A DNA stretch of 63,915 nucleotides, counting the filler, from an uncultured delta proteobacterium (GTDB lineage Bacteria > Bdellovibrionota_C > UBA2361 > CAIXSY01), in the NCBI GenBank assembly GCA_903922175.1. It is 7 parts of 7 records of this genome, joined end to end, with 100 filler letters (N's around TTAATTAATTAA, not from the genome) between each part and the next. Parts side by side here need not be neighbours in the genome. Positions count along the whole stretch, not along the records: positions 1 to 15,558 come from CAIXSY010000106.1; 6 more parts are not named here. The stretch is one strand, 5' to 3'. The position numbers and the translations under genes were made by a program. The notes under the pieces are model-generated. The model did no database searches. It saw only the letters and a program-made list of their open reading frames with translations, and had not been told where the DNA came from. Each line of letters opens with the position of its first letter. The stretch's first letter is position 1. This document shows, piece by piece, positions 1 to 9,956 of this stretch.

Positions 1-10
1 AATTCTAAAT

Positions 11-160
11 CTTGAACATGAACTGGAACTGTTCCCGATTCCTGCTCCTGCCCCTTATCCTCGTGATCGGACTAGGAAAAGGGGCAGGGGCAGGAATCAG
101 GAGCAGTTCAAGTGCAAGTTCAAGCAATTTCCTTTTACCCGGGGTTATTGATCAATTACG
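11..160. repeat. Palindromic element made of hexamer arrays, with a shell-A terminus
   Basis: Left arm cttgaac...cctgcccctt and right arm aaggggcagg...gttcaag are imperfect reverse complements. It ends in cccggggttattgatcaattacg, the inverted form of the CGTAACTGCTCAATAACCCCGGG motif seen at 31283 and 62815. Confidence 0.75.
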
Positions 161-265
161 CCGTTTAAGTGGCATTATGGCTGTGTCATACGCTCCTACG
201 AAGAACTTTTGGATTTATCAATTCTTGGCTTTATTCTTAGCGCATGTCTGTTGTAGCCTCATGTC

Positions 266-2815
266 ATGAATTGGTATTCGCGCTTCATAGTTATCGTCCT
301 CCTTTTCGGCGTTGCTCCTGACGGCAGGTCGCAGGTGTTGGCTCCGGACAATAAGAATCTGTTTATCGAAGATGCGAAGACCGCCAAAAAGGCGAAGAAA
401 GACACCGAGGCGGCCGTTCTCAAAGATGAAAAATTGCATGGTAAGGATATCGACCTTGCAGCTCCAAACGTAGAATACAACAAAGAGAAGGGGACTGTCC
501 TCGGTAGTGGCGGAGCGCTTATTTCCGGATTTGGAACCCGTGGCCAGGCTGATACGGCTGAGGTGAACACTCAGACCAAAGATGTGGCTATGCAGGGTGG
601 GCTCCTTCTCTCGGGTGCTTTGGGCGAAGTGAGTGCGGCCTCGGGTACGGCCAATTTCGAGCGTGAGACGGGGAGCTTTGACTCGGCGGATCTGACCTTT
701 GATGAGGGCGACTATGAGGCCACAAGTCGCAAACTCGACAAGCTCAGTGAATTTGATTACCAGTTTGAGGATGCCTCGTTCTCGACCTGTCACTGCCAAG
801 ATGGCACCAAGCCATGGAGCATCGATTGTAAAAGGGCTTATGTCACCGAAGAGGGCTACGCTCATACCTATGGGACGACGTTTAAGTTCCAAGGTGTGCC
901 TGTGCTGTATTCGCCCTATTTTGTTTTTCCGGCCAAGCGCGAGAGGGCTACGGGGCTTCTCGCGCCAAGCTTTGGTTTGAGCAACAAAGATGGGTTTATC
1001 GCCAGAGCGCCGCTGTTTGTTGTGCTTGATGATTCTTCGGACCTTCGTCTACGGCCGTTTGTCGAGACCCAATCTCGATTTGGTACGGGGCTCGACTACC
1101 GTCAAGCCTTTAGTGAAGAGAGCTTTCTTAGCACGACGCTAAGCTATTCCGATGAATCTGCACGTGGTAACAATCTAAATGGGGCGTATTATATCGATCC
1201 GAGTGACACCTCAACGCCAATTGCGAACCTCGATCAGATGACGAGTCCTGCCTTCAGTGCTAATCGTTTTGGATTTGCACATACCCAGATGTGGAAGACT
1301 AAGCAGGGTAGCGCCATGCCGGCTTCCTTCATTGCTGATGTGCATCATGTCAGCGATGATCTCTTCCTTAAAGAGCTCGCCGATCAGGATATTGGCAATC
1401 AACAAAACCGTTACCTAACCTCGACCGCGTTACTGCGCGGTTCCCCTACAGAGTATCTAACCGCGCAGATATCGGGAGAAGAAACGCAATATCTTGATTC
1501 GACTAACGATGATACGGCATTCCGGCGCATCCCTGAGTTTGGATTGTCTGAATTTAAATCATTTAATCCCTTTGGGACGAACCCCCTGGGAGCTAAATTG
1601 CTCACGCAGACGAACTTTTTGACGAGTGATTTCGCGCGCAATAGCGGCTATGACGGCTGGCGCATGGCGGTCAATCCAGGAGTGTCGGTGCCGTTTCATT
1701 TCGGCAATGTCCTCGATAACTCGCTTCAGCTTGGGATGAGGCACAACTCATATCGGTTGGGAAATGATATCGACCCGTCGACAGATCAGCCGCTTGTCGG
1801 CCGCGATTCGAAGAACTTCTACTCATTCGGCGCCACAACGGCTGCGGTAATGGAGCGTGTCTATGATCTTCCCACTGAAAACTGGCTTAAAACTGTTACC
1901 TCACTGGGAGCAGAGAATAGCAATTCCAAGCTTACGCGCATTAAGCACTCGATTGAGCCGAGTATTAACTTCAACCTTGTTCCCAAGACGAATGTAAATG
2001 GTCTGCCTCTCTTCGATTCACAGGATAGACTTCATGGGCGTAGTCTTACTACCTTTCGGCTTGATAATACTATCTATGGTAAGTTTCTCTCGACCAGCCA
2101 GGTCGGCGAGCCGATAGAGGAGCTGGCCCCACGTGTTGAAGACCTCCCGGTAATTAGTTTAGATGAGCTTAATCCTACGGGAGCCGATGATGGGTTACGT
2201 TCAGGCGGCGCGCTTGCTAAACGGCGCTCGAATGTGCGGCAGCTTTTCCGGTTCGGCGTGGTGGAGAGCTATGATTACTTTCTCGCTAACCAGGCGGAAG
2301 TTGTTGGTGGCGACCCAGTCGCAAAGCCTTGGAGTGATCTAGGCTCCTATGTCATCTTTAGCCCATCCTCAAATTTTGCATTCAGCCTCGGCTCAAACTA
2401 TAATTTCAACGACCGCTATGCCTCGCAATGGGTTTTCGGCGTCCATGCGATTGACGACCGTGGCGATTCGCTGCGCTTTCGCTATAACTTCATTAAGCAA
2501 AATCAGAAGGTCGGTGCTGACTATCAACCAACCGTTACTATCGACCAACCAGAAGCCTCGGCCGAGGTTAAGCTTAGCGATCAAGTTAAATTGGGCTACT
2601 ATGCCCGTTACGACGACATCAAGAATAACTTCATTGATCATAAAGTGGCTCTGCGTTTTTACGACAATTGCCGCTGTTGGCATGCCGACATTGGCTTTCG
2701 CGAAACGATTAATCCTGACAAGCAGGTCTTTCTTTTAAGCTTCTCTTTTAATGGACTGGGCGATATCTCGCAGTCTGTTTTCTCTCGTCAGCCTAATGAG
2801 CCGACGGGATCTTAA
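266..2815 (+). CDS. lptD: LPS-assembly outer-membrane protein LptD
   Basis: 849 aa with a signal peptide, an OstA-like N-terminus, the FSTC-C...PWSI and PVLYSPY...RATGLLAP motifs, and a beta-barrel C-terminus with C-RCW and 'LSFSFNGLG'. Confidence 0.9.
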   Translation: MNWYSRFIVIVLLFGVAPDGRSQVLAPDNKNLFIEDAKTAKKAKKDTEAAVLKDEKLHGKDIDLAAPNVEYNKEKGTVLGSGGALISGFGTRGQADTAEVNTQTKDVAMQGGLLLSGALGEVSAASGTANFERETGSFDSADLTFDEGDYEATSRKLDKLSEFDYQFEDASFSTCHCQDGTKPWSIDCKRAYVTEEGYAHTYGTTFKFQGVPVLYSPYFVFPAKRERATGLLAPSFGLSNKDGFIARAPLFVVLDDSSDLRLRPFVETQSRFGTGLDYRQAFSEESFLSTTLSYSDESARGNNLNGAYYIDPSDTSTPIANLDQMTSPAFSANRFGFAHTQMWKTKQGSAMPASFIADVHHVSDDLFLKELADQDIGNQQNRYLTSTALLRGSPTEYLTAQISGEETQYLDSTNDDTAFRRIPEFGLSEFKSFNPFGTNPLGAKLLTQTNFLTSDFARNSGYDGWRMAVNPGVSVPFHFGNVLDNSLQLGMRHNSYRLGNDIDPSTDQPLVGRDSKNFYSFGATTAAVMERVYDLPTENWLKTVTSLGAENSNSKLTRIKHSIEPSINFNLVPKTNVNGLPLFDSQDRLHGRSLTTFRLDNTIYGKFLSTSQVGEPIEELAPRVEDLPVISLDELNPTGADDGLRSGGALAKRRSNVRQLFRFGVVESYDYFLANQAEVVGGDPVAKPWSDLGSYVIFSPSSNFAFSLGSNYNFNDRYASQWVFGVHAIDDRGDSLRFRYNFIKQNQKVGADYQPTVTIDQPEASAEVKLSDQVKLGYYARYDDIKNNFIDHKVALRFYDNCRCWHADIGFRETINPDKQVFLLSFSFNGLGDISQSVFSRQPNEPTGS

Positions 2816-2847
2816 AGGCTCTGTGAAGGAATAAGTTGGGCAAGAAG

Positions 2848-2965
2848 CGCCCAGATTTAGGACAGATTTGGATTTTTTTGAGCGGAAAAAACCGCAGACA
2901 TAGTATAACTATATCGAGGATTTTTCCCGCTCAAAAAAATTCAAAGATGGTCTGAAGATGGGATG
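2848..2965. repeat. Intergenic palindromic (MITE-like) element
   Basis: Inverted arms atttttttgagcggaaaaa (2872-2890) and tttttcccgctcaaaaaaat (2921-2940), with weaker pairing further out. Confidence 0.7.
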
Positions 2966-3011
2966 CAGATAGTCTAAGTTATTCTTTTACAGAGCCTAAG
3001 GGCAGGTATAT

Positions 3012-4028
3012 ATGAATGTACTTATCACCGGAGCCGCCGGTTTTATCGGCAGCAACTTTACTCACTACATCGCCGCGGAGTGCCCTGATTGGAAGGTGAC
3101 GGCACTTGATCTGCTGACCTATGCTGGGAACCTCGAAAATCTCGCCGTCTTGATCGAGCGCAAGCAGGTCTCGTTCGTCCGCGCCGATATTGCGGATGCC
3201 ACGGCGATGGAGCAGCTCTTTGCGCAGGGGCGCTTTGATATAGTTTTCCATCTTGCGGCGGAGAGCCATGTCGATCGTTCGATTCAGGGTGCGCGTGCTT
3301 TTGCGCAGGCCAATGTGCTTGGCACCCAGACACTTCTCGACTGCGCGTTGGCCTCGCGAGTTAAGCGTTTCGTGCATATCTCCACGGATGAGGTCTACGG
3401 ATCGCTTGGCCCAACCGGGAGATTTGTCGAAACCACGCCGCTCGATCCGACGAGTCCCTATTCAGCGTCAAAGGCATCCTCCGATCTGATGGTTTTGGCC
3501 TGTGGCAAAACGCATGGGCTTGAGGTCATCGTCACGCGCTGTACCAATAACTATGGCCCGTATCAGTTCCCTGAAAAATTAATACCGCTCTTTATTACCA
3601 ATGCGATCGAGGATCAAGCGCTCCCGCTCTATGGCGATGGTATGAATGTACGTAGCTGGCTGCATGTGCGCGATCACTGCCAGGCCTTGCTGCTGGCGGC
3701 GCAGCGGGGTCGTCCCGGCGAAGTATACAATGTCGGCGGCTCGGCTGAGGCTGAAATCCCCAACGTAGCGGTGACTAAGGCGATCTTGCAGATCCTCGAC
3801 AAGCCCACGTCATTGATTAAAAAGGTTGGAGATCGTCCAGCACATGATCGGCGCTACGCCATCGACTACTCGAAGAGTAAGGCGGAGCTGGGATGGCAGC
3901 CGACGATTCCATTTGAGCAGGGCTTGCAGTCCACCGTGCGTTGGTACCTCGACAATGAAGCTTGGTGGCGAAAAATTAAATCCGGCGAGTATCTCAAGTT
4001 CTACGAAAAGAACTATGGCAATCGCTGA
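3012..4028 (+). CDS. rfbB: dTDP-glucose 4,6-dehydratase
   Basis: Motifs GAAGFIG, LTYAGN, AAESHVDRS, STDEVYG, YSASK, NNYGPYQFPEKLIP and DRPAHDRRYAID. Confidence 0.97.
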   Translation: MNVLITGAAGFIGSNFTHYIAAECPDWKVTALDLLTYAGNLENLAVLIERKQVSFVRADIADATAMEQLFAQGRFDIVFHLAAESHVDRSIQGARAFAQANVLGTQTLLDCALASRVKRFVHISTDEVYGSLGPTGRFVETTPLDPTSPYSASKASSDLMVLACGKTHGLEVIVTRCTNNYGPYQFPEKLIPLFITNAIEDQALPLYGDGMNVRSWLHVRDHCQALLLAAQRGRPGEVYNVGGSAEAEIPNVAVTKAILQILDKPTSLIKKVGDRPAHDRRYAIDYSKSKAELGWQPTIPFEQGLQSTVRWYLDNEAWWRKIKSGEYLKFYEKNYGNR

Positions 4029-4939
4029 TGGTAACAGGTAGTGGCATGAAGATACTGCTGTTTGGTGGCTCCGGCCAGCTCGGCTACTCGCTTAAAATGC
4101 AGGCGCAGGACCTCAATTTCGAGCTCGTTGCGCCAGTTAGCTCTGAGGTGGATATCTCTAGCCTTGAGCAGGTTCTTTTTCTTACCAAACAGCTCAAACC
4201 AGATCTCGTGGTGAATTGCGCCGCGCACACCGCAATTGATAAGGCTGAAGTACAGCAGGAGGTGTGCTGGCGTATTAATCACCGTGGCGCGGCTAACGTT
4301 GCTCAGGCCGTCTCTCTTGTCGGCGGTCGTATGATTCATATCTCGACTGAGCAGGTGTTCCCTGGAACGGGCACGACACCTCTTCGTGAGGGTGATCCCA
4401 CGGGACCACTCAATGTGTATGGGCAGTCGAAGCTTGCCGGAGAGCAGGATGTTCTGCAAATTCTCGCCGATCGCGCGCTTATCGTGCGAACCTCTGCCTT
4501 ACATGGTCAGCGTGGGGTTAATTTTGTAAGCACGATGCTCAAGCTCTTCGCCGACAAGGATGAGGTTCGTGTCGTCAACGATCAGAAAGTGTCTCCTACG
4601 TGGGCCGGCTGGTTGGCAGAGGTGATTCTTGATCTGGGACGCACAGGCACGAGTGGCGTCGTGCATGCCTGCTGCGAGGGGGTCACCTCGTGGTACGATT
4701 TCGCCTGTGCTATTCGTGACTGCTCTTCGCTCGCATCCTCGGCGCCGATCAAACCTGTTTCATCGGCTGAATTTGGCCGACCAGCGCGACGGCCATCTTT
4801 TTCTGCATTCGACTGTGCACGATTAACCAGCTTGCTTGGTCGTCGTCCGATATCGTGGCAGGAAGGGCTCAAGCGGCATCTTACCGAGGTTGGGGCGCTT
4901 AAGGCGGCAGGTGCGGGGCTGAAGGGAAAGGAGTTATAG
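4028..4939 (+). CDS. rfbD: dTDP-4-dehydrorhamnose reductase
   Basis: Motifs GGSGQLG, NCAAHTAIDKAE, YGQSKLAGE, VNDQKVSPTW and PARRP. An alternative ATG is at 4046. Confidence 0.95.
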   Translation: MVTGSGMKILLFGGSGQLGYSLKMQAQDLNFELVAPVSSEVDISSLEQVLFLTKQLKPDLVVNCAAHTAIDKAEVQQEVCWRINHRGAANVAQAVSLVGGRMIHISTEQVFPGTGTTPLREGDPTGPLNVYGQSKLAGEQDVLQILADRALIVRTSALHGQRGVNFVSTMLKLFADKDEVRVVNDQKVSPTWAGWLAEVILDLGRTGTSGVVHACCEGVTSWYDFACAIRDCSSLASSAPIKPVSSAEFGRPARRPSFSAFDCARLTSLLGRRPISWQEGLKRHLTEVGALKAAGAGLKGKEL

Positions 4940-4952
4940 GGCAGAGTGCGAG

Positions 4953-5072
4953 CGAGGTGAACCTCAGATCATAGCCTCCGCGCCCTCCGCGGCCCCTGTG
5001 TGAATATTAATATGAAATATCACACAGGAGCCGCGGAGAGCGCGGAGGGGAATGGGACAAAAATGCAACTCA
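4953..5072. repeat. Nested palindrome: shell C (GACCTCAGA...AAATGCAACTCA) around a ctccgcg-type 9-mer hairpin
   Basis: Hairpin cctccgcgccctccgcggcccctgtgtga / tcacacaggagccgcggagagcgcggagg (4975-5048). The outer ends resemble those at 36467-36566. Confidence 0.7.
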
Positions 5073-5128
5073 TTTGATGCAAGTTTAGCTGGTCAAGGAA
5101 TCTAGTAAGAGGTAATTACGGGGGAAGC

Positions 5129-6205
5129 ATGGGACAAGAGGTCAGAACAATAATCCTTGCAGGCGGCCAGGGGACGCGCTTTTGGCCAATCAGCAGGATG
5201 AAATGTCCGAAGCAGTTTCTGTCGATTAGTCCAAGCGGTGAGAGCCTCATCGCTGCCACCGCCAGGCGTGCAGGGTTCCTCTGTGGTCCGGAGAATCTTT
5301 GGATAGTTACTAATATTCAACATCGTGCTGCAGTGCTGGAGCACGTCCCGCATGCTCACGTGCTGTGCGAGTCTGTCGGGCGCAACACCGCCGCCTCGAT
5401 CGGCTTGGCAGCGATCTCCCTTCGTCACCGCTCTGAGGATGCGGTGATGGTAGTCCTGCCGGCGGATCATGCGATTAAGGATGAGGCCACTCTGACGCGA
5501 GTGTTGCAGGGAGGGGTGTCGATTGCGCAGGAAAAGGGACGGCTGGTGACCATCGGCATTACGCCGACCCACCCACATACCGGGTATGGGTATATTCGGC
5601 GAGGAGAAAAGCTTGCCGGGTGCGGGCCAAATGCATTTGAGGTAAGCCGCTTCTATGAGAAGCCAAATCTGAATCGTGCCATAAAGTATGTCGAGTCCGG
5701 CGATTTCTTCTGGAATAGTGGCATGTTCGTCTGGCGTGCGACGACTATCCTCGAAGCTTTTAAAGAGTACATGCCCGATCTTTATGCCGGCCTGTGCCGG
5801 ATTGAACTTGCGCTTGGAGGCCCGCAGGAGAGCGCCACCATCGCTGAAGAGTTTGCTAAGCTTGAGTCGGTCTCGATAGATTTTGGTGTCCTGGAGCATG
5901 CGCGAAATTGCGCGGTTATCGTGGCCGAACCTTTCGGCTGGGACGATGTTGGGTCGTGGGAATCCTGGGCCGAACACTTTGAAAAAGACGAGCGAAATAA
6001 CCTGTGTTATGGTGATGTTATCGTTCTTGACGGAACAAATAACGTCGTCCATTCAAAGACTAAGTTTATCGCCACCTTGGGGGTTAGCGATCTGGTGATC
6101 ATTGATGCCGGAGATGCTATGCTTGTTTGCCCGCGGTCACGGGCGCAGGATGTGCGCAAGGTAGTCGAGGAGTTGAGGAGAGTTGGCCGCAAGGAGCTTG
6201 TATAG
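5129..6205 (+). CDS. manC: Mannose-1-phosphate guanylyltransferase
   Basis: Motifs ILAGGQGTRFWPISR..PKQFL, GRNTAA, TGYGYI, FYEKP, WNSGMF and WDDVGSW. No isomerase (cupin) C-terminal domain. Confidence 0.95.
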   Translation: MGQEVRTIILAGGQGTRFWPISRMKCPKQFLSISPSGESLIAATARRAGFLCGPENLWIVTNIQHRAAVLEHVPHAHVLCESVGRNTAASIGLAAISLRHRSEDAVMVVLPADHAIKDEATLTRVLQGGVSIAQEKGRLVTIGITPTHPHTGYGYIRRGEKLAGCGPNAFEVSRFYEKPNLNRAIKYVESGDFFWNSGMFVWRATTILEAFKEYMPDLYAGLCRIELALGGPQESATIAEEFAKLESVSIDFGVLEHARNCAVIVAEPFGWDDVGSWESWAEHFEKDERNNLCYGDVIVLDGTNNVVHSKTKFIATLGVSDLVIIDAGDAMLVCPRSRAQDVRKVVEELRRVGRKELV

Positions 6206-6211
6206 AAACTT

Positions 6212-6385
6212 CGTAACTGCTCAATCAGTGTGGGTAGGAGCAGCGTGAACGTGGTCGAGCTCGTGGCCTGTCGTGAGCTTGTCGAACGGTCGCGCTCGAA
6301 GAGTGTGCTGAATCGGCTAGTTATATCGACCAGGATCACGAGCACGCACACGATTTTCTTTACCCGGACTTAATGAGTAGTTGCG
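6212..6385. repeat. Shell-A palindromic element with a hexamer core
   Basis: Starts cgtaactgctcaat and ends cccggacttaatgagtagttgcg. Internal gtgaac/gtggtc/gagctc and cacgag/cacgca hexamers. Confidence 0.75.
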
Positions 6386-6429
6386 TTTAATAAGCAAAGC
6401 ATGTTTAGAAACGGAGTAGGCAAAGGGAT

Positions 6430-7407
6430 ATGGCAACAAAGACAGCATTAATCACGGGGGTCACCGGGCAGGATGGTTCCTATCTTGCAGAGTTTTTGAT
6501 TGAGAAGGGATACAAGGTTTACGGTATGGTGCGCCGTTCCTCGGTCGAGAAGTTCGACCGCATCAAGCATCTTCAAGGTAGGCTTGAACTCGTGCAGGGA
6601 GATCTGCTTGATCAGTACTCGCTTGCCTCAGTACTTAAGGAGGCCAAGCCGAGTGAGGTTTATAACTTGGCGGCGCAAAGTTTTGTGCCAACGAGCTGGT
6701 CGCAACCAGTTCTTACCTCTGAGTTTACCGCTATCGGGGTGACGCGCATGCTCGAGGCGTTACGCGCCTTTGATCCTAGTATTCGCTTCTACCAGGCTTC
6801 GAGTTCGGAGATGTATGGGAAGGTGCGTGAGGTTCCTCAGTCCGAGCAGACCCCGTTCTATCCACGTTCGCCGTACGGAGTCTCAAAGGTGTATGCGCAT
6901 TACATTACCGTCAATTACCGTGAGAGCTACAACCTGTTCGCTGTTTCTGGAATACTCTTTAATCACGAGAGTCCGCGTCGCGGCCTTGAGTTCGTCACGC
7001 GTAAGGTGACGGACGCTGTGGCCCGTATCAAGCTCGGACTTGCCAAGGAATTGCGCCTTGGTAATTTGGAGGCGAAGCGTGACTGGGGATTCGCCGGTGA
7101 CTATGTGCGCGCCATGTGGATGATGTTGCAGCAGCCGAGCCCAGAGGACTTCGTTATCGCTACGGGACAGACCCATTCTGTTCAATACCTCGCTGAGACC
7201 GCATTCTCACATGTCGGGCTTAATTGGCAGGACTACGTTAAGGTTGATAAGGCATTTTTGCGACCGGCCGAGGTCGATCTGCTTGTTGGAGATCCCTCAA
7301 AGGCTAAACGTATGCTGGGCTGGACGCCATCCGTGAGCTTTGAGGAGATGATTCATCTTATGGTTGATTCAGACATCGAACGTTTGGCTAAGGAAGAGTT
7401 GCGTTAG
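6430..7407 (+). CDS. gmd: GDP-mannose 4,6-dehydratase
   Basis: Motifs [54 protein letters not shown] and [11 protein letters not shown]. Confidence 0.97.
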   Translation: MATKTALITGVTGQDGSYLAEFLIEKGYKVYGMVRRSSVEKFDRIKHLQGRLELVQGDLLDQYSLASVLKEAKPSEVYNLAAQSFVPTSWSQPVLTSEFTAIGVTRMLEALRAFDPSIRFYQASSSEMYGKVREVPQSEQTPFYPRSPYGVSKVYAHYITVNYRESYNLFAVSGILFNHESPRRGLEFVTRKVTDAVARIKLGLAKELRLGNLEAKRDWGFAGDYVRAMWMMLQQPSPEDFVIATGQTHSVQYLAETAFSHVGLNWQDYVKVDKAFLRPAEVDLLVGDPSKAKRMLGWTPSVSFEEMIHLMVDSDIERLAKEELR

Positions 7408-8351
7408 TGCGAGCACTGATCACCGGAGCATGCGGCTTTGTTGGCGGGCATTTAGCCCGCCATCTGCTGCAATGCGGGGATGAGGTGCAAGGGGGCGTCG
7501 TGCAGAGTATGCCGACCGACACCCCGTTTGCCACGTTGCCGCTTAATGTCACGGATGTAGCTTGTGTGCGTTCGGCGTTCGGCGCCTTTAAGCCTGATGT
7601 TGTATTTCATCTCGCGGGGATGGCGTACGTGCCCGATGCCGAAGAGGACTTCGACCAGGCACTGCGAGTCAACGTTGGCGGAACTCAGCACGTTGTCCAC
7701 GCCTGCCATTTGATGCAGCGACCGGTGACCGTCGTCTTGGTTAGCTCAGCCGAAGTATACGGACGGGTGTCGCCCGAGGATCTTCCGATAACTGAAGAGA
7801 CGGCGTTACGGCCGACAAATAATTATAGCCTGACCAAGCTTATGGCTGAAGCTGTTGCGCCACGCTACGTGCATCACGGGCAGGTGCGTGTCGTGGTAGT
7901 TCGCCCATTTAACCACATCGGCCCCGGTCAGAGTGATCGCTTTGTCGCCTCCAGTTTTGCTCACCAGTTGGCAAGCATGAAGGCAGGTCGGATACCGGCG
8001 ATAATCCAGGTTGGTAACCTCGCCGCGCGGCGTGATTTTAGTGATGTGCGAGACGTCGTGCACGGCTACCGTCTGGCGGCGATGGCGGGGGGAGGACCGT
8101 ATAACTTCTGTAGTGGGCAGGCCGTGGCTATTCAGAAGATTTTAGATCTCCTGATTGAGATCTCCGCTATTCAGGTGAAGGTAGAGGTCGACCCGCTACG
8201 CTTGCGTCCCTCCGACGTGCCTGAGGTTGTGGGATCGTTTGCCAAAGCGCAGCGCGAACTTGGGTGGAAGCCAGAGCGGATGCTGCACGAAACGCTGCGT
8301 GACCTGTTTGAGTTTTGGTATGAAAAGGAGCGCGCTTGCGCGCTCTCCTAG
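7407..8351 (+). CDS. rmd: GDP-4-dehydro-6-deoxy-D-mannose reductase-like SDR (GDP-D-rhamnose synthesis)
   Basis: Extended SDR with GACGFVG, SSAEVYG, YSLTK, RPFNHIGPGQ and GNLAARRDFSDVRD; directly follows gmd. Confidence 0.8.
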   Translation: MRALITGACGFVGGHLARHLLQCGDEVQGGVVQSMPTDTPFATLPLNVTDVACVRSAFGAFKPDVVFHLAGMAYVPDAEEDFDQALRVNVGGTQHVVHACHLMQRPVTVVLVSSAEVYGRVSPEDLPITEETALRPTNNYSLTKLMAEAVAPRYVHHGQVRVVVVRPFNHIGPGQSDRFVASSFAHQLASMKAGRIPAIIQVGNLAARRDFSDVRDVVHGYRLAAMAGGGPYNFCSGQAVAIQKILDLLIEISAIQVKVEVDPLRLRPSDVPEVVGSFAKAQRELGWKPERMLHETLRDLFEFWYEKERACALS

Positions 8352-8569
8352 TCCCACGCTTTCAGTGCGGGGACATTTCGCTCCAACACCAAGCAGATAC
8401 GTAAAGCCAAAGACCATCTGAGAGCAGCGTGGCATGGGTGGTGATCGCTTTTGGCGCATGGCGGATAGAGAGCAGTGGCAGGGCATCGGAATAGCTACCC
8501 CTTATGTTTACGCGACATGTGCGGTCGTTTGTGCTATAAGAAGTGGAGACTTTTTTCGAAGGATACGTT

Positions 8570-9439
8570 ATGCCATCGACCAAGATTGCCCCAAAGCTAC
8601 TGACAGGACTGGCTCTCAGCACCGCACTTGCTGTCGGGGAGTTAAAAAGCCCGGCCCAGTGATGCGGCTTTGAAACTAATCGCGATACGGCAACGCCCGG
8701 GCTATCAGCAGGCGCGGCCGGTGTTTTGACTGGTTATTATCCGCCGCCAAGTAATACGACTAATAGTCCTACTGGCGGGTTTACGGCTACCCCTTTTGTT
8801 CCGTCTAATAATACAGGCGAGGGGTTCTATACGGTAAATATGTTTGGAAGCGTGCCGGGTGCAACAAACCAGATACCAATTACTCGGGATTTACTTTTAG
8901 TTTAAATTTTTATTCCTCGCAGCAGGCACTGCTGACAAATCCAACCAATCCCTCTTGCCGGGTGGATCTTGGACCTGGTCCACAATCTTCACCGATTGTG
9001 GCTTTCACCACTAATCTCGCGTTACCGCAACCGCAGCAAGTAACTTTTCCGGTAGCTCAGATTGGGTGGCCGTACTCACTAGGCACAAACTGGCTCCATC
9101 GTGGAGTGACAAATTGGGTAGCGCCAGACATCCGCCCAATCGCAGCTACAACAAATGCCACGCTGCGTACCCCATTAGTTTCAAGTCCTGGACAAGCCGA
9201 CCAATATTTTAACTACAATTCGGGGCAGGTGACGAGCCTTCCGTCAGACAAAAAGGCGGCTATCAGGATTCAATCCTGTACCAACGAGCCGCCCCGGATC
9301 TTTGACGCCACTAAAAATGGAGGCACGTATTCGATAACGTTCCAAGGCGATGGCCTCGTTACTAGTCCCAATCCCGCAATGCCCCTAACGCAGTGGTCAA
9401 TAGTCCCTGGCTCCGCGGGCGCGCGAACAGTAACGACAT
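8570..9439 (+). pseudogene. Decayed secreted Thr/Asn/Pro-rich protein
   Basis: ATG at 8570 after aagga, with a signal-peptide-like start (MPSTKIAPKLLTGLALSTALAVG). In-frame TGA at 8660, frameshift near 8885 into the frame of ORF 8962-9552, which then runs into the IS110 remnant. Confidence 0.55.
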
Positions 9440-9766
9440 CTACCACCGCGCCAGCAGCATTTTCTGCGGCAGTAAATAGCGGTGCAGCACAAAACCGCAA
9501 AAACTCGCCTCGTATACCGTTGAGATATCCGCCCCGGCAAAATATTTCGTGAAAAACTCTAACAGTTTTTCAGGTATTGCTTCCATCGTGCAACGCCTCA
9601 CAGTCTCTCCTTCGCTCACGCAGGCAACGCTATACGTGAGTCTATGAACATCTATTCCAATAAAGACTTTCTTTCCAGCGTATGATACCCTCTCGCTATT
9701 CATTTATGAGTCCTCCGACTTGTTGGTTATACAGCTTATAAACAACTGCTCTGGTCGGAGGATTCA
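9440..9766 (-). mobile_element. Truncated IS110-family element (N-terminal DEDD transposase fragment 9440-9703 plus left-end hairpin)
   Basis: IGIDVHRLTYSVAC and VYEASFCGFVLHR are IS110 RuvC-like N-terminal motifs. Only 87 aa remain. Upstream inverted repeat gagtcctccgac / gtcggaggattc. Confidence 0.85.
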
Positions 9767-9956
9767 TTTTCTACACAGGTTTTGCAACTCAATCACTCTC
9801 AGCACCGCGCGTTAGCGCGGCGCTCAGTTGCGCAGCTCCTTAAATGCTCGTTACCCTCTGCGGTGACTTGGGCCTGCTCTATTCAACATAGCAACTGAGG
9901 GGAAAAGCCCACGGGAAAAGCCACGCTCATTTCCGATTGATAAGGCAGCGTGTTTG

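Noticed and set aside
8660..8662. In-frame TGA as selenocysteine or an alternative genetic code
   Set aside because: The same gene also has a frameshift, and TGA is a normal stop elsewhere (rfbB, thrB, cca).
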